The notes under the pieces: generated by a model
Database searches by the model: none
What the model was told of the DNA's origin: nothing
What the model saw: only the letters and a program-made list of their open reading frames with translations
From: Candidatus Latescibacterota bacterium
GTDB lineage: Bacteria > Latescibacterota > UBA2968 > GCA-2709665
Reading direction: 5' to 3'
NCBI GenBank assembly: GCA_965219455.1
Contig: OZ244744.1
Location: 2,368,001 to 2,432,000, forward strand
Length of the DNA stretch: 64,000 nt
Program-made: the position numbers and the translations under genes
Shown here: one piece after another, positions 17,201 through 26,557 of the stretch
Layout of the letters: each line of letters begins with the position of its first letter
Position numbering within the stretch: the first letter of the stretch is position 1

Positions 17201-18938
17201 CGAAAGACGCTTTGCCTCCATCCGCTGGCGACGCGTCCTTAATCACGTACTGCACGAACAACGAGTCCAGATCTTCGCTGGTGGTGAATATCGGCAACAA
17301 GGTCTGCAACGTTATCGTCGGGTTATCACTGTCATCCTTCGGCGCCGAGTCCTCGGACGGGAACAGGTTGGTGATCTCCGGCTTAATGCTGTCGTAGGTG
17401 ATATCCACATTCTCAACACTCATATCGTTCCCTACGACATCCCAGGCCTGCACGACCAATTTATCGGGTACGCCGCCTTCGCCGTCATCGTGTGTCCACA
17501 AGGGCAAGGGCAATTTGAATTCAACCTTAACGTCCTCAATGCCGGCCAGCGGCCCATCGGTGTCCGTGGTTCGGTACGTCTCTGTGGAGTCGCCGTGCGA
17601 GACCTTGATCGAGTCAACGTTCTCGCTGATCTTCAACGTCAATGGCTTTAAGTAAGACGAAAGCTTAACAGGAAAACCTTTTAGTGTCCCGTCACTGACG
17701 TCATAATAGCTCGTGTCTTGTTCAACTGCAGCAGACATATGCGTGGAATCCACGGCGTCTTCTTTTGGATAGACAACGGTAACTTCCGGTAACGTGGTGT
17801 CTATCATGAACAGGTTGACACGATCTTCCGTAATGTCATCTCCCGTGTCCGCTGTCCCTTTGTCGTCCGTAAAAACGTAGCTACCAGAGAAACCCGCCGG
17901 CTCGGCGTCGTCGTCGTTTTCACCACTCAGGTTGCCCGCTTCGTCCACCAGGAATGCAAACACCCTGACCCTCTGGCCGTCGGGGAATCTGTCCTTCGAG
18001 GTGACGAGCGTCTTTTCAAGAAACGCCTCGTATGGATCGACGAATTCGACGGTCGCGAGAATCGAGTCCGTAGGGCCCAGATCTCCGGGCGTTACCATTA
18101 TATCCGCCCGGGGATCCGCGTCATTCAAATAAGTTTCCTTCACGAAAATGACCGAGACCTTGCCTCCGCCTGATTGGATCACGGCGCCCGTATCGAGAGT
18201 GAGTTGGACAGCGACCTTTTGTCCCTGCATTATCTCCGAGTTTACGGTGCTGGTCTCAATGGCTTCAACATCGCCAGGCAAAAGGGCACCTTCAAGCTCT
18301 TTTTTGGCGATAACGTCATATAGTTTCACCTTTTCAAACGCAGTCCCAAATTCAGGACGACGGTTGTCGATACCAAACCTTTTTCCGTCGCCGACAATCG
18401 TTGTGGAAAGACCGGTGCTGCCGGGGAGGATCTGTTTGTCTACGGTCAGGTTACTAATTTGTCCTCCTGTGCTTCCGGTGCCGTCGACGGTAACAAGGGC
18501 ATACAAATCATTCCGTCCTTGAATGGGGTCGGCGCCGAGCGGAGTCCCGCTGGTAGTAACAGGAAAGTAAAATAAAATGACGGTGGCGTTTGCGTTTCCC
18601 TGATCTACCTTTGCAAGAGTCAGGTCGGTGATTTCCTCATCATTCTCAGCGATTAAATTTACGCCGGATCTGTCTATCGTGGCACCAACAGCCTCAGGAT
18701 CAGCATCAGCATCAGTGCCCGGTCTCATTATCTGAACGGTCAATGCCGTTGCCGCACTCACCGTACTAACCTTGACAATGACCGAATCGCCAATTCCGAC
18801 ATATTGGCCGTCCGCCGGATGCTCAATCTCGACCCAAGTGCCCCGGGTACTGGAAACATCCAATGCCGATGAAACGCCGGCAAAGGCAAGAACCAACAGA
18901 AACGCAAACCCGCAACTCAACAGCTTTTTAGCCTGCAT
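14232..18938 (-). CDS. Large acidic secreted surface protein B (Ig-like body, dockerin/EF-hand-like, cohesin-like, FlgD/T9SS-type-A-like C-terminus)
   Basis: Start refined to MQAKKLL (GGGAGG SD, signal peptide). Contains VDFEDFVAFAAAF...ADVDNDGVIDFADF, then GEEISVTVSLANA..LMGFGFELTYDADKFEFV..GEGALVTFTFKV, then NFPNPFNP. Confidence 0.9.
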   Translation of the reverse strand: MQAKKLLSCGFAFLLVLAFAGVSSALDVSSTRGTWVEIEHPADGQYVGIGDSVIVKVSTVSAATALTVQIMRPGTDADADPEAVGATIDRSGVNLIAENDEEITDLTLAKVDQGNANATVILFYFPVTTSGTPLGADPIQGRNDLYALVTVDGTGSTGGQISNLTVDKQILPGSTGLSTTIVGDGKRFGIDNRRPEFGTAFEKVKLYDVIAKKELEGALLPGDVEAIETSTVNSEIMQGQKVAVQLTLDTGAVIQSGGGKVSVIFVKETYLNDADPRADIMVTPGDLGPTDSILATVEFVDPYEAFLEKTLVTSKDRFPDGQRVRVFAFLVDEAGNLSGENDDDAEPAGFSGSYVFTDDKGTADTGDDITEDRVNLFMIDTTLPEVTVVYPKEDAVDSTHMSAAVEQDTSYYDVSDGTLKGFPVKLSSYLKPLTLKISENVDSIKVSHGDSTETYRTTDTDGPLAGIEDVKVEFKLPLPLWTHDDGEGGVPDKLVVQAWDVVGNDMSVENVDITYDSIKPEITNLFPSEDSAPKDDSDNPTITLQTLLPIFTTSEDLDSLFVQYVIKDASPADGGKASFGGNREELSKGRVRVAAIDDSLDDGAEYYLQILAFDKAGNVGAKITDTLTFKDEFDNPTADSFMVATVVDDQKSVIVGTPLEFKITALDSKATRAADEDVRGVTYGQKNEMSRLKVLADGQDLTTVTFEGTGVSVAAGDSLQGIATLQPEDWEAGERSISITSEKELKNVTIVVEDIDAQENASFTTTLKGFSFDTGAFSEFTVQAMEDGEPTQHVIGDFEISVTATDKFGNTSTKKADKIDSKIEKPEDDKYLTMAIQLTSDNIQVRVPQGPQDIQNGQKTFPGMASESSGEVVIRVVNVGLEGMTAGTATGTDTLTFGTEPPPPAPGAPAAPDSVLIVEDYMGPRGDGDQGGMVLVSFNNSPDHASVDVYKLFRQLMVSTGLDEDGKLMLLEEPKLAWVPWADLSPDRTIVAEIQRAVVPALDNVSTNWAVAAVGAAGSSVRTSALGKRTFTKESVQQTLELLGMAPEAVLTNDELMNQFNAPEDYVQSIIGDQKDLVFLPVNPDVSVLMGDASVPANIRTSAHGQLMSALTTTKAPVRAVDNIAPAEVTESAGMPVVVSADGNAALRTSLTWKGSVDEGIVGFIPYRGHSIPIMGVKDYKVMRGASAEELEELTTLEPGSAQFVDKNLPEVVGALVYRIDAFDGENTSPGQIVAVNLAKRLPFTNAEGEPVYLIRLPFQGGNLTVDFEDFVAFAAAFNSQRGQSNFNPQADVDNDGVIDFADFVIAAMSYGRTAVLAAGSKIAIAPQRPGVNPDTELNMELTSDRVLVGEEISVTVSLANAEQLMGFGFELTYDADKFEFVSAVPADNDLLKSQGGDTPLFKNWPEDGRVAVVNAIVDAGSVSGEGALVTFTFKVLREFADNARFEIAQGVVFDPSQLSNPVVSLGALDVQSTPSEFALHQNFPNPFNPQTNIPYDLAESGDVVLRIYNLLGQEVRTLVSERQPAGRYKVQWAGMDDRGVSVSSGIYFYQVSVAGKFQDAKRLMLLK

Positions 18939-19331
18939 CTCAACCTCCCTGAAAAAAAGACGACTGGGAAACTTCCTCACAACGTCAACCTCTGATACCG
19001 ACTCTGACTCTGAATTTCTCTTCAACCGTCCGGAATGGCGGTTTTTGAATGAATCCTGATGTGCAACGACGATAGGGTGCCTCCCTTCCTCTTTATGCTG
19101 CCAAAACCTGCTTTGAAACAAATGGTTCGTGGTGAACGTGGGTGTGTCTGATGCGCGACAACCGTTTAACATCGCATTTTCGTTTGCACCTCCTTGCTTA
19201 TATATACAATAGCGAAAACGCGACCAACCTTATCGCCCAATCGGAACACCACAAACGTTGGCGCAATATTCCGCATTTCTTCAGTCATTCCGGGTTATTT
19301 CGGTCATCTATATGTAGCGAAAAGCAACCTA

Positions 19332-19360
19332 ATTATACGCAAGGCAAAACCGGCTGTCAA
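19332..19360 (-). promoter_or_regulatory. Consensus sigma70 promoter for the B-A surface-protein operon
   Basis: Minus strand TTGACA (19360-19355), 17 bp, TATAAT (19337-19332), with an A-tract immediately upstream. Confidence 0.85.
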
Positions 19361-19498
19361 GTGTTTTTTTATGTTTATTCATTCGCCGGAAGCCACAACG
19401 CCGAAGCGATCTAAGACACTGTAAATTAATCTGCAAGCCCAACCCCGCGCAACTACTATATAGAGGGGCTCCGCTATCGGCTACCCCAATACTCAGTT

Positions 19499-20056
19499 TC
19501 AGCGCATCTGATGTTCGAGGCGCCGGATCTCGTCGCGAAGGCTGGCCGCCTCTTCGTACTGTTCCCGGGCCACGGCCTCCCGCAACTCCGCCTTAAGGGC
19601 CAAAACCCTTTCGGAAATCCCCCCCTCCACCTGTTCGACTTCGATATCGAGAGAGGAATTGATGGGCAGCCCGGCCTCCTGGATGACGCGTTCCGCCACA
19701 AATACCGGCGCGCCCGTGCGGAGCGCCAGGGCGAGGGCGTCGCTGGGGCGAGAATCCACACCGATGGTCTTGCCGCTGGCATTAAGGCTGACCTCGGCGA
19801 AGAAGACGTCCTCTTTGAGTGCGCTGATGAGCACCCGCGTGACCTTGACGCCCATCCCATCAAGAATGGACCGGAGCAACTCGCAGGTAGGCGGCCGGGG
19901 CGGCTCTTCGTCGTACAGCGCCATGTAGATGGCGGTGGCTTCGAAATTGCCGATGGAGATGGGCAGGAAAATCTGCTGCTCCCTGTCTTTCAGCCACACC
20001 AGCGGCCGGTTGGTGTTGGGTTCGACCGCCACGCCGACCACGTTCATTTCAACCAT
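19499..20056 (-). CDS. Bifunctional nuclease family protein (DUF151) with C-terminal UVR domain
   Basis: LPISIGNFEATAI, PPRPPT, DSRPSDALALALR, LREAVAREQYEEAASLRDEI. An alternative start lies at 20122. Confidence 0.9.
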   Translation of the reverse strand: MVEMNVVGVAVEPNTNRPLVWLKDREQQIFLPISIGNFEATAIYMALYDEEPPRPPTCELLRSILDGMGVKVTRVLISALKEDVFFAEVSLNASGKTIGVDSRPSDALALALRTGAPVFVAERVIQEAGLPINSSLDIEVEQVEGGISERVLALKAELREAVAREQYEEAASLRDEIRRLEHQMR

Positions 20057-20175
20057 TGGGTGCGCATCCTTCGCACGGGGGAGGATGGGTTGCGCCGATG
20101 GGGACATTTTCTTTAAATACACTTATTAAATGATAATATATGGCCATGCCCACGAAAAAATCAAGGAAAAAGAGC

Positions 20176-21410
20176 AGCGATCAGGAAAAACAGCTATCAG
20201 CCGTCAGCCGTCAGCTTGAAACGAGAAGGCGAAACCGAAGACCAAAATGCATAAAACAGCAAGAACGACAAACAGCTCACACCAAGGCACAGCGAGACCT
20301 CTCCCCCCAGCCCCCTCTCCTAAAGGAAAGGGGGGGGAAGTCCAAATCAGAAAAAACAGTGATCAGTGGTCAGCGGTCAGCTTGAAGCAAATCAAAAACC
20401 GAAAACCAATAAGCATAACGCAGCAATAACAACAATCAGCTCACACCAAGGCACAGCGAGACCTCTCCCCCCAGCCCCCTCTCCTAAAGGAAAGGGGGAG
20501 AAAGTCCAAATCAGGAAAAACAGTGGTCAGTGGTCAGTGGTCAGTGGTCAGCGGTCAGCGGTCAGCTTAAAGCAAATCAAAAACCGAAGACCAATAGGCA
20601 TAACGTCAATCAGCTCACACAAAGGCACAGCGAGACCTCTCCCCCCGGCCCCCTCGGACAAAGCTATCTGCTTTCAGCCGTTAGCTGTCAGCTAAAAACG
20701 AAATGCAAAACGCAGATTGCGATATGGACTGGCGAAGTCAATTCACAGATACCTGGTTTTTGTAGGGGCGACCGGCCGGTCGCCCTCGAATCGGGAAAAC
20801 AGCAGTCGGCAGGAAACGAGAAGCAAAAAGCGAAAACCAATAAGCATAATGCAGGAAAAATGACAATCGGCTCACACAAAGGCACAAAGGGAAAGGCAGC
20901 GATCAGCGGTCAGTTGTCCGCCGTCAGCCAAAAGGCGTTAGCGATACGGACCGGCGATGTCAATTCCATTTGTTCTTACCACTTCTCCCCATATTCCCTG
21001 CCTGCGGCGCGTTCCTTTTGACACGACCAAAAGGAACCAAAAGTCGCCGCTAGGCGCGGGGCCGTCCATATGCACAGCGCGAATTGCCTCACGGGTTGCA
21101 CCGGAACTACTGCCCTGCCAACCACGGAGAAACATCGGTCCTCGGCGATGAACGGAACCGCACGCTCTGCTCTGCGAGTCCTCTCGAAAGGCATTTTGAG
21201 CGTATCTACATTGGTCTTCCGTTTGCGAGGAGCAGTCACCTAAAACCGGTTAGCGATATGGCCTGGCGATGCCAATTCACAGATACCTGGTTTTTGTAGG
21301 GGCGGTTCTTTTGGGTCCTTTTTCGCAAATAAGAAAAAGGACGTAAAAATAAAAAAAACAATAAGAAAGTAGGAAAATGACCTTACCGACCCGGAGCGCG
21401 ACCCATCAAC
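20176..21410 (+). repeat. Mosaic intergenic repeat island 1
   Basis: Contains TCAGCGG/TCAGTGG heptamer runs, CAGCTCACACAAAGGCACA, GACCTCTCCCCCCAGCCCCCTCTCCTAAAGGAAAGGGGG, a GTAG REP at 20762-20785, element F at 20980-21240 and the 3' part of element G. Confidence 0.9.
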
Positions 21411-21447
21411 CGCCTATATTGTGCCTTCGGGGGAGGCCCGTGCCTCT

Positions 21448-21485
21448 AAAAACAGGAGCCGCTGGACGACGTCCGGCGGCTCCTG
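21448..21485 (-). terminator. Rho-independent terminator after surface protein C
   Basis: CAGGAGCCGC..GCGGCTCCTG hairpin followed by TTTTT on the minus strand. Confidence 0.75.
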
Positions 21486-21508
21486 AATACCCTGCTTCGC
21501 GAAAGCGA

Positions 21509-24500
21509 TTACTTGAGCAACATCAACCGCCTGGCGCCCTGGAACTTGCCCGCAACCGAGACCTGATAAAAATAAATCCCACTCGAAACCACTACTCCGC
21601 GGTCGTCCATTCCGCTCCACAGCACGTTGTAGCGACCCGCGGGCTGGCGCTCGCGCACCAGCGTTCGCACCTCCTGGCCCAGCAGGTTGTAAACCCGGAG
21701 AACCACGTCGCCGCCTTCAGCCAGGTCGTACGGAATGCTGGTTTGCGGGTTGAACGGGTTCGGATAGTTCTGGTGCAGCGCAAACGCCGTGGGCGTGCTC
21801 CGGAGGCTTAGCGCGCCGAGTGACACCACCGGGTTCGACAACTGCTCCGGATCGAATACCACGCCCTGCGCGATCTCGAACCGGGCGTTGTCCTCGAATT
21901 CCCGCAGAACCTTGAACGTGAAGGTGACAAGCTCACCCTCGCCGCTCACGGAGCCCCCGTTGACAATGGCGTTGACCACCGAGACGCCGCCCTCTTCCGG
22001 CCAGTTCCCGAACAGCGGAGTTTCGCCACCCCGAGACTTCAGCAGATCGTTTTCGGCAGGTACGGCGCTGACGAATTCGAACTTGCCCGCGTCATACGTC
22101 AGTTCCATACCGAAGCCTGTCAACTCTCTGGCATTGGCCATGGAAACCGATAGCGAAATCGTCTCGTCAACCCGCACCGTCTCGCCTGCCGGTTCGAGTG
22201 TCATCTCCGTATGGGGGTTCACGCCAGGACGCTGCGGCGCGATGGCCAACTTGCTGCCGGCAGGAACCACGGCCGTGCGTCCGAACGACGCGGCCGCCGC
22301 TACGAAGTCTAGAAAGTCCACCGCGCCGTCGTCGTTGACGTCGGCCTGCGGGTTATAGTTCGCGTCGCCCTTTTGAGAATTGAAGGCCATGGCGAAGGCG
22401 ACGAAGTCTTCGAAGTCAACCTCCAGGTCACCGCCCTGGGCGGGCAGCATTACGAGGTAGACCGGATCGCCGTTGGCGTCGACGAAGGTCACACGGAGGG
22501 AAATGTTATCAACCGTGATTAAATCGCTCATCGCCACGTTGTTGTCGTCATACGCGTCGATCCGATACACCAGCGCGGTGGCCCCGTCCGGCACGTTGTC
22601 GTCCTTAAACTGTTTGGAACCGGGCGGTAGTGTGGCTATCTCCTCGAGGTCGTCGGCCGCGGCGCCTCTCATCACCGTGTATCCCTTCACACCCGGGATC
22701 GGGATGTTGCTGTCCTCGTAGTTGTATATGGTAAAGGGGATGTATGACACGATCCTGTCATCGGCGGAAGGCGTCCACCGCAGTACAACCCCTCCGGCGC
22801 CGTCGCCGGAAGCGGCAGTGACCGCCGCGGGCGCGATGTTGTCAGCGGCTGCGACGGGCGCCTCTGTGACCGTACGATCGGACAGCAGGAAGTTACCCGC
22901 GGCCGTCCGGACGTTGGCAGGAGCCGAGGCGCTGCCCATCAACACGCCCACGTCGGGATTGACAGGAACGAAGATCAGGTTCTTCCGATCGCCGATGATG
23001 GACTTGACGTCGTCTTGGGGAGCGTTGAACCGATCCGCCGGTTCCTCGTCCGTCGGAACCGCGTCGGGCGCCATACCCGGCAACCCGAGGGTTTGCCGCA
23101 CGCTCTCCACCGTGAACACGCGCTTGCCGGCCGCGGTCCTGTCGGCGGTTCCCGCCTTGCCCACAGACACGACGCCCCAGTTGGTGGATACGTTGTCGAG
23201 TGCCGGGATGACCGCGTTCTGCATGCCGCCCTTCACGTTGCCGCCGAGATCGTCGGCGCCGAAGCTGATGCTGGCCCAGGGCACCCATTCCTTCATGGCT
23301 ACTTCGAGCTCGATCACGTTGCCTTCTTCATCCAGCCTGGTGGTCCTGTTGATTTCCCTGTGGATCTGGTAGGCCACCACGGCGTCGTGCTGCGCGGAAT
23401 ACGGGAAGTTGATCATCACCAGGCCGCCCTGGTCGCCCTGCCCGTCCGCGCCCATGTAGTCCCGGACCACGATGTTTGCCGGAGCAGCCGGCGCGCCCGG
23501 ATCCGGTACGGGACCGCCTTCGGGCGCGAAACTGACTGTCACGCGACCGCTGAGAGCGCCGGTGGCATCATCACTATCGGTTCCATCGGCCGCGGCGAAG
23601 TGGTTGTCCGCGTCAGTAATGAAGTCTTCCCTGATCGTCCGTACGGAAACCACCGCACTGCCGTCCACGTCGGCCGCCACCGCGCCGAAATCGGTCCCGC
23701 CGGCGGCAACTTCCTGCCGGCCAAAAGGCACCGTTACCGCGGCATTATTGGAAGCGAACGTAACGGCCACCCATTCATACACCCTGGAATCGGGCGTTGC
23801 ATCGATCTTCATACTCGGGTTGCCGAATTCATCGGTTGGTACCACCCGGACGGTAAACCCGCCAACGACGTTGCCGGACGAGGCCCGGCCCTCGATGGCC
23901 GTTACCACAAACTGCGACAACTCGGAAGCGCTGACGTCGACGGGAACATCCAGCTGCCCAACGGTCTTCAGGGCGTAGCTCCCGGTGACGGGGTCTTTGA
24001 ATCCCTGTGCCGCCATAACGGTGACGTTGCTGAGCGGCTTTGACGATTTGAACCTGACGTCGCGTTGGCCCGCGTGCCATCCCTCGCTGTCCAGAACGGC
24101 GGCTTTGGCAACCATGCCCGCAGCCGTCAACCCGGCAGGGAGGGTAGAGTCCGGCGCATCGGATACGCCGGTTCCGCTGAAGCTCACGCCGGCAAGCGCG
24201 TCGGCCTGGTCTCCGGAAACGATGACGCCCAGCGACGCAACCTGATGATAGGTCACCGCACGAACGTCGGCTTCCTCGATGCGGGTGAGCATGGTGTCCA
24301 GGACGGAGATCCGCATTGAGAAATCCAGACCGGTAACGGCCACGGCCTTCTGATCCGGCATGTCGACGATCTTGAAGACGTCGGCATTCGGGTTCAGGAA
24401 GCCCCTGGTGAACGTGAGGGTCCCGCCGTCGGTCACGCTGGCGTTACCGGCGAGGTCGATCGCCAGGATCTGCAAATCGTACCGACTTCGTTCGACAAAG

Positions 24501-26203
24501 TTCGTATTGTCCACCGGCCAGTTCACGAGTTCACCCGTGATCTCCAGACGAGGGTTGCCCGGGCCGAAACTCTGCTCGACAGCCGTGGCTCCGCCGCCGG
24601 TTTCGACATAGCGGACGGACAGCGAATCCAACGCCTCGTCGATGGTGAAGACCGGATCCCTGGTGGCCAGGTTGATGGTGCGCTCGTCGTCGTTGTCCAC
24701 GTCCCTGGGCGCGGTGGCGTCGGAGGGGAACAGATTGCCGATTTCCGGCGCTTTCTCGTCGTACCAGATGCCTTTAAGGTCCAATGAAGACGAGTTCCCA
24801 AGGCTGTCCCATACCTCAATCTTCAGGTCTCTCTTTACACCGCCCGCTTTGGCGTATTTCCACGGGAGGCTGAGCGTGGCCGTGGAATCGTTGCCGGTCG
24901 GCGCCCTATCTTCGTCGACGTCAGATGTGGTTACATCATCGATGGCGCCACTTCCGATACCGTGCGTGCTGTCGCCATAGGTGATCCTGATTGAGTCCGG
25001 AACTTCGCTGACTTCAAACTCGAGCGGCTTCAACCTGCGGTCGGTCTGAACATCCTGCGCCTCCCCGGGCAGGGTGTAATAACCCCGCAGCGTCTGCGTG
25101 GCGGCCGCCGAGATCCGGTCTTCCATGCGATCCGGATGGGGGTAGATGATCTTAATTTCGGGCGAGGTTGCGTCCGCGATCCACTCGACACCATCGGGAT
25201 CGAATACGTCGGGAAGTCCTTGCGGGGCGCTGACGGCTGAAGCCGTTCGAGCACCCATTGAGGCGCCGCCCAGGTTGCCGGCGGCATCCACGAGATAGGC
25301 TTCGACCCGTACCCGCCGGTTATCGGCAAAATCGCCCTCCTCAACTTTCTTCGAATCCCGCAGATTCGCACTGTATAGCTTGTCCCGGCGAAGCTCATAG
25401 AGAACCGGCGCCGTGGAAAATGCCGAGTCTGGCTCCACAATACCGACCCGGATGCCGTTTGCTCCTGCATTTAACACACGGCCCGTGTTCAAACCGAGTC
25501 TGATGGTAATTTCATCTCCACTCCTGATCCTCACCCGCTCGATCAGCCCCGCCCGGGTTGTATCGACACCCAGGTTCTCCGTTTCAACGGAGAAGGTTTC
25601 GAATACGTTGGCGTTGCCCGGGCGATTGGCATCGATGCCGAACCGCACCCCGTCGCCGACCCTGCTGGCGCCGAAGCCCGAGGAACCGGGGGTGATCTTC
25701 TTGTTCGTCATCAGGTTGTTCAACTCGTTCCCAGCCGTGGCCGCGTCGAGGTCGACCACAACTTTCACCGCACGGCTGTTTTCCGACTCGAAGGCTGTGC
25801 CCTGCGCCGCGACGGTTATGGAAACCTTGAACGTGTCGATGCCCGACGACTCGCCGTCGCCAAAATCGACTTCGCGTGGGACATTGCCGGGATTGGGCAC
25901 ATATATGTTGTAATAAACAAACCCATCGGCGGCGGCGGACCCACCGGCAGTGGTACCGACGTCGTCGTCGTCGAGCGTTGAATCGACGACCGACACCCGG
26001 AAACCGCCGTTGAGGAGACCGTCGAAAGCCAGGATGCGAATCTCGATCCTGTCGTCGATTTTGACCCACTCGTTTGCAGCCGGTTCGTCGACGCGAATCA
26101 TAATACCCCGCGTGCGGGCGACTTCCTGAGAGGACGCGACGCCAACAACGCCAACAGACAGCAAAAACGCCAAACCCAGACTTGAAAACGTTCGAACCTG
26201 CAT
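21509..26203 (-). CDS. Large secreted surface protein C, full-length paralog of B
   Basis: MQVRTF signal peptide and GGGAGG SD. Shares RTRG, GDG.RFGID, DYMG..G.GDQGG, the dockerin-like, cohesin-like and NYPNPFNP modules with B. Confidence 0.9.
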   Translation of the reverse strand: MQVRTFSSLGLAFLLSVGVVGVASSQEVARTRGIMIRVDEPAANEWVKIDDRIEIRILAFDGLLNGGFRVSVVDSTLDDDDVGTTAGGSAAADGFVYYNIYVPNPGNVPREVDFGDGESSGIDTFKVSITVAAQGTAFESENSRAVKVVVDLDAATAGNELNNLMTNKKITPGSSGFGASRVGDGVRFGIDANRPGNANVFETFSVETENLGVDTTRAGLIERVRIRSGDEITIRLGLNTGRVLNAGANGIRVGIVEPDSAFSTAPVLYELRRDKLYSANLRDSKKVEEGDFADNRRVRVEAYLVDAAGNLGGASMGARTASAVSAPQGLPDVFDPDGVEWIADATSPEIKIIYPHPDRMEDRISAAATQTLRGYYTLPGEAQDVQTDRRLKPLEFEVSEVPDSIRITYGDSTHGIGSGAIDDVTTSDVDEDRAPTGNDSTATLSLPWKYAKAGGVKRDLKIEVWDSLGNSSSLDLKGIWYDEKAPEIGNLFPSDATAPRDVDNDDERTINLATRDPVFTIDEALDSLSVRYVETGGGATAVEQSFGPGNPRLEITGELVNWPVDNTNFVERSRYDLQILAIDLAGNASVTDGGTLTFTRGFLNPNADVFKIVDMPDQKAVAVTGLDFSMRISVLDTMLTRIEEADVRAVTYHQVASLGVIVSGDQADALAGVSFSGTGVSDAPDSTLPAGLTAAGMVAKAAVLDSEGWHAGQRDVRFKSSKPLSNVTVMAAQGFKDPVTGSYALKTVGQLDVPVDVSASELSQFVVTAIEGRASSGNVVGGFTVRVVPTDEFGNPSMKIDATPDSRVYEWVAVTFASNNAAVTVPFGRQEVAAGGTDFGAVAADVDGSAVVSVRTIREDFITDADNHFAAADGTDSDDATGALSGRVTVSFAPEGGPVPDPGAPAAPANIVVRDYMGADGQGDQGGLVMINFPYSAQHDAVVAYQIHREINRTTRLDEEGNVIELEVAMKEWVPWASISFGADDLGGNVKGGMQNAVIPALDNVSTNWGVVSVGKAGTADRTAAGKRVFTVESVRQTLGLPGMAPDAVPTDEEPADRFNAPQDDVKSIIGDRKNLIFVPVNPDVGVLMGSASAPANVRTAAGNFLLSDRTVTEAPVAAADNIAPAAVTAASGDGAGGVVLRWTPSADDRIVSYIPFTIYNYEDSNIPIPGVKGYTVMRGAAADDLEEIATLPPGSKQFKDDNVPDGATALVYRIDAYDDNNVAMSDLITVDNISLRVTFVDANGDPVYLVMLPAQGGDLEVDFEDFVAFAMAFNSQKGDANYNPQADVNDDGAVDFLDFVAAAASFGRTAVVPAGSKLAIAPQRPGVNPHTEMTLEPAGETVRVDETISLSVSMANARELTGFGMELTYDAGKFEFVSAVPAENDLLKSRGGETPLFGNWPEEGGVSVVNAIVNGGSVSGEGELVTFTFKVLREFEDNARFEIAQGVVFDPEQLSNPVVSLGALSLRSTPTAFALHQNYPNPFNPQTSIPYDLAEGGDVVLRVYNLLGQEVRTLVRERQPAGRYNVLWSGMDDRGVVVSSGIYFYQVSVAGKFQGARRLMLLK

Positions 26204-26557
26204 CACCAACCTCCCTGTGAATCAGACCGCTCCGATAAACCTGCCTTGCGACGATGAAACCACCATCGGTGGCAAGGAGCGCAAAAAGCATGCCAGCACG
26301 AAGCAGAATGCTGGATGCGGCGCTGCAGGCAAGACGGCAGTTGCGGGAGCGCGGGCCGGGGCAACCAAATGGGGTTGACGCTGAGGTTGCAGAAGCTATT
26401 GGAGGGGCTTTGAAGGGCTTTGCAGCGCGACATACGGACAGAAACGCTACAGGACAAACAGATGATGCCTCAGCCTTTAGAGGGATTCAAGGCGTGAGGC
26501 ATCGGGCGGTGAAATACTCGGAAGGATTGAAATTTTCTTTCACGTACGTGAAAGAAA

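Noticed and set aside
20140-21299. Small ORFs inside the repeat islands (also at 26868-27628, 28233-28920 and 29850-30717)
   Set aside because: Reading frames and stops are not conserved between repeat copies, and the ORFs are translations of non-coding repeats.
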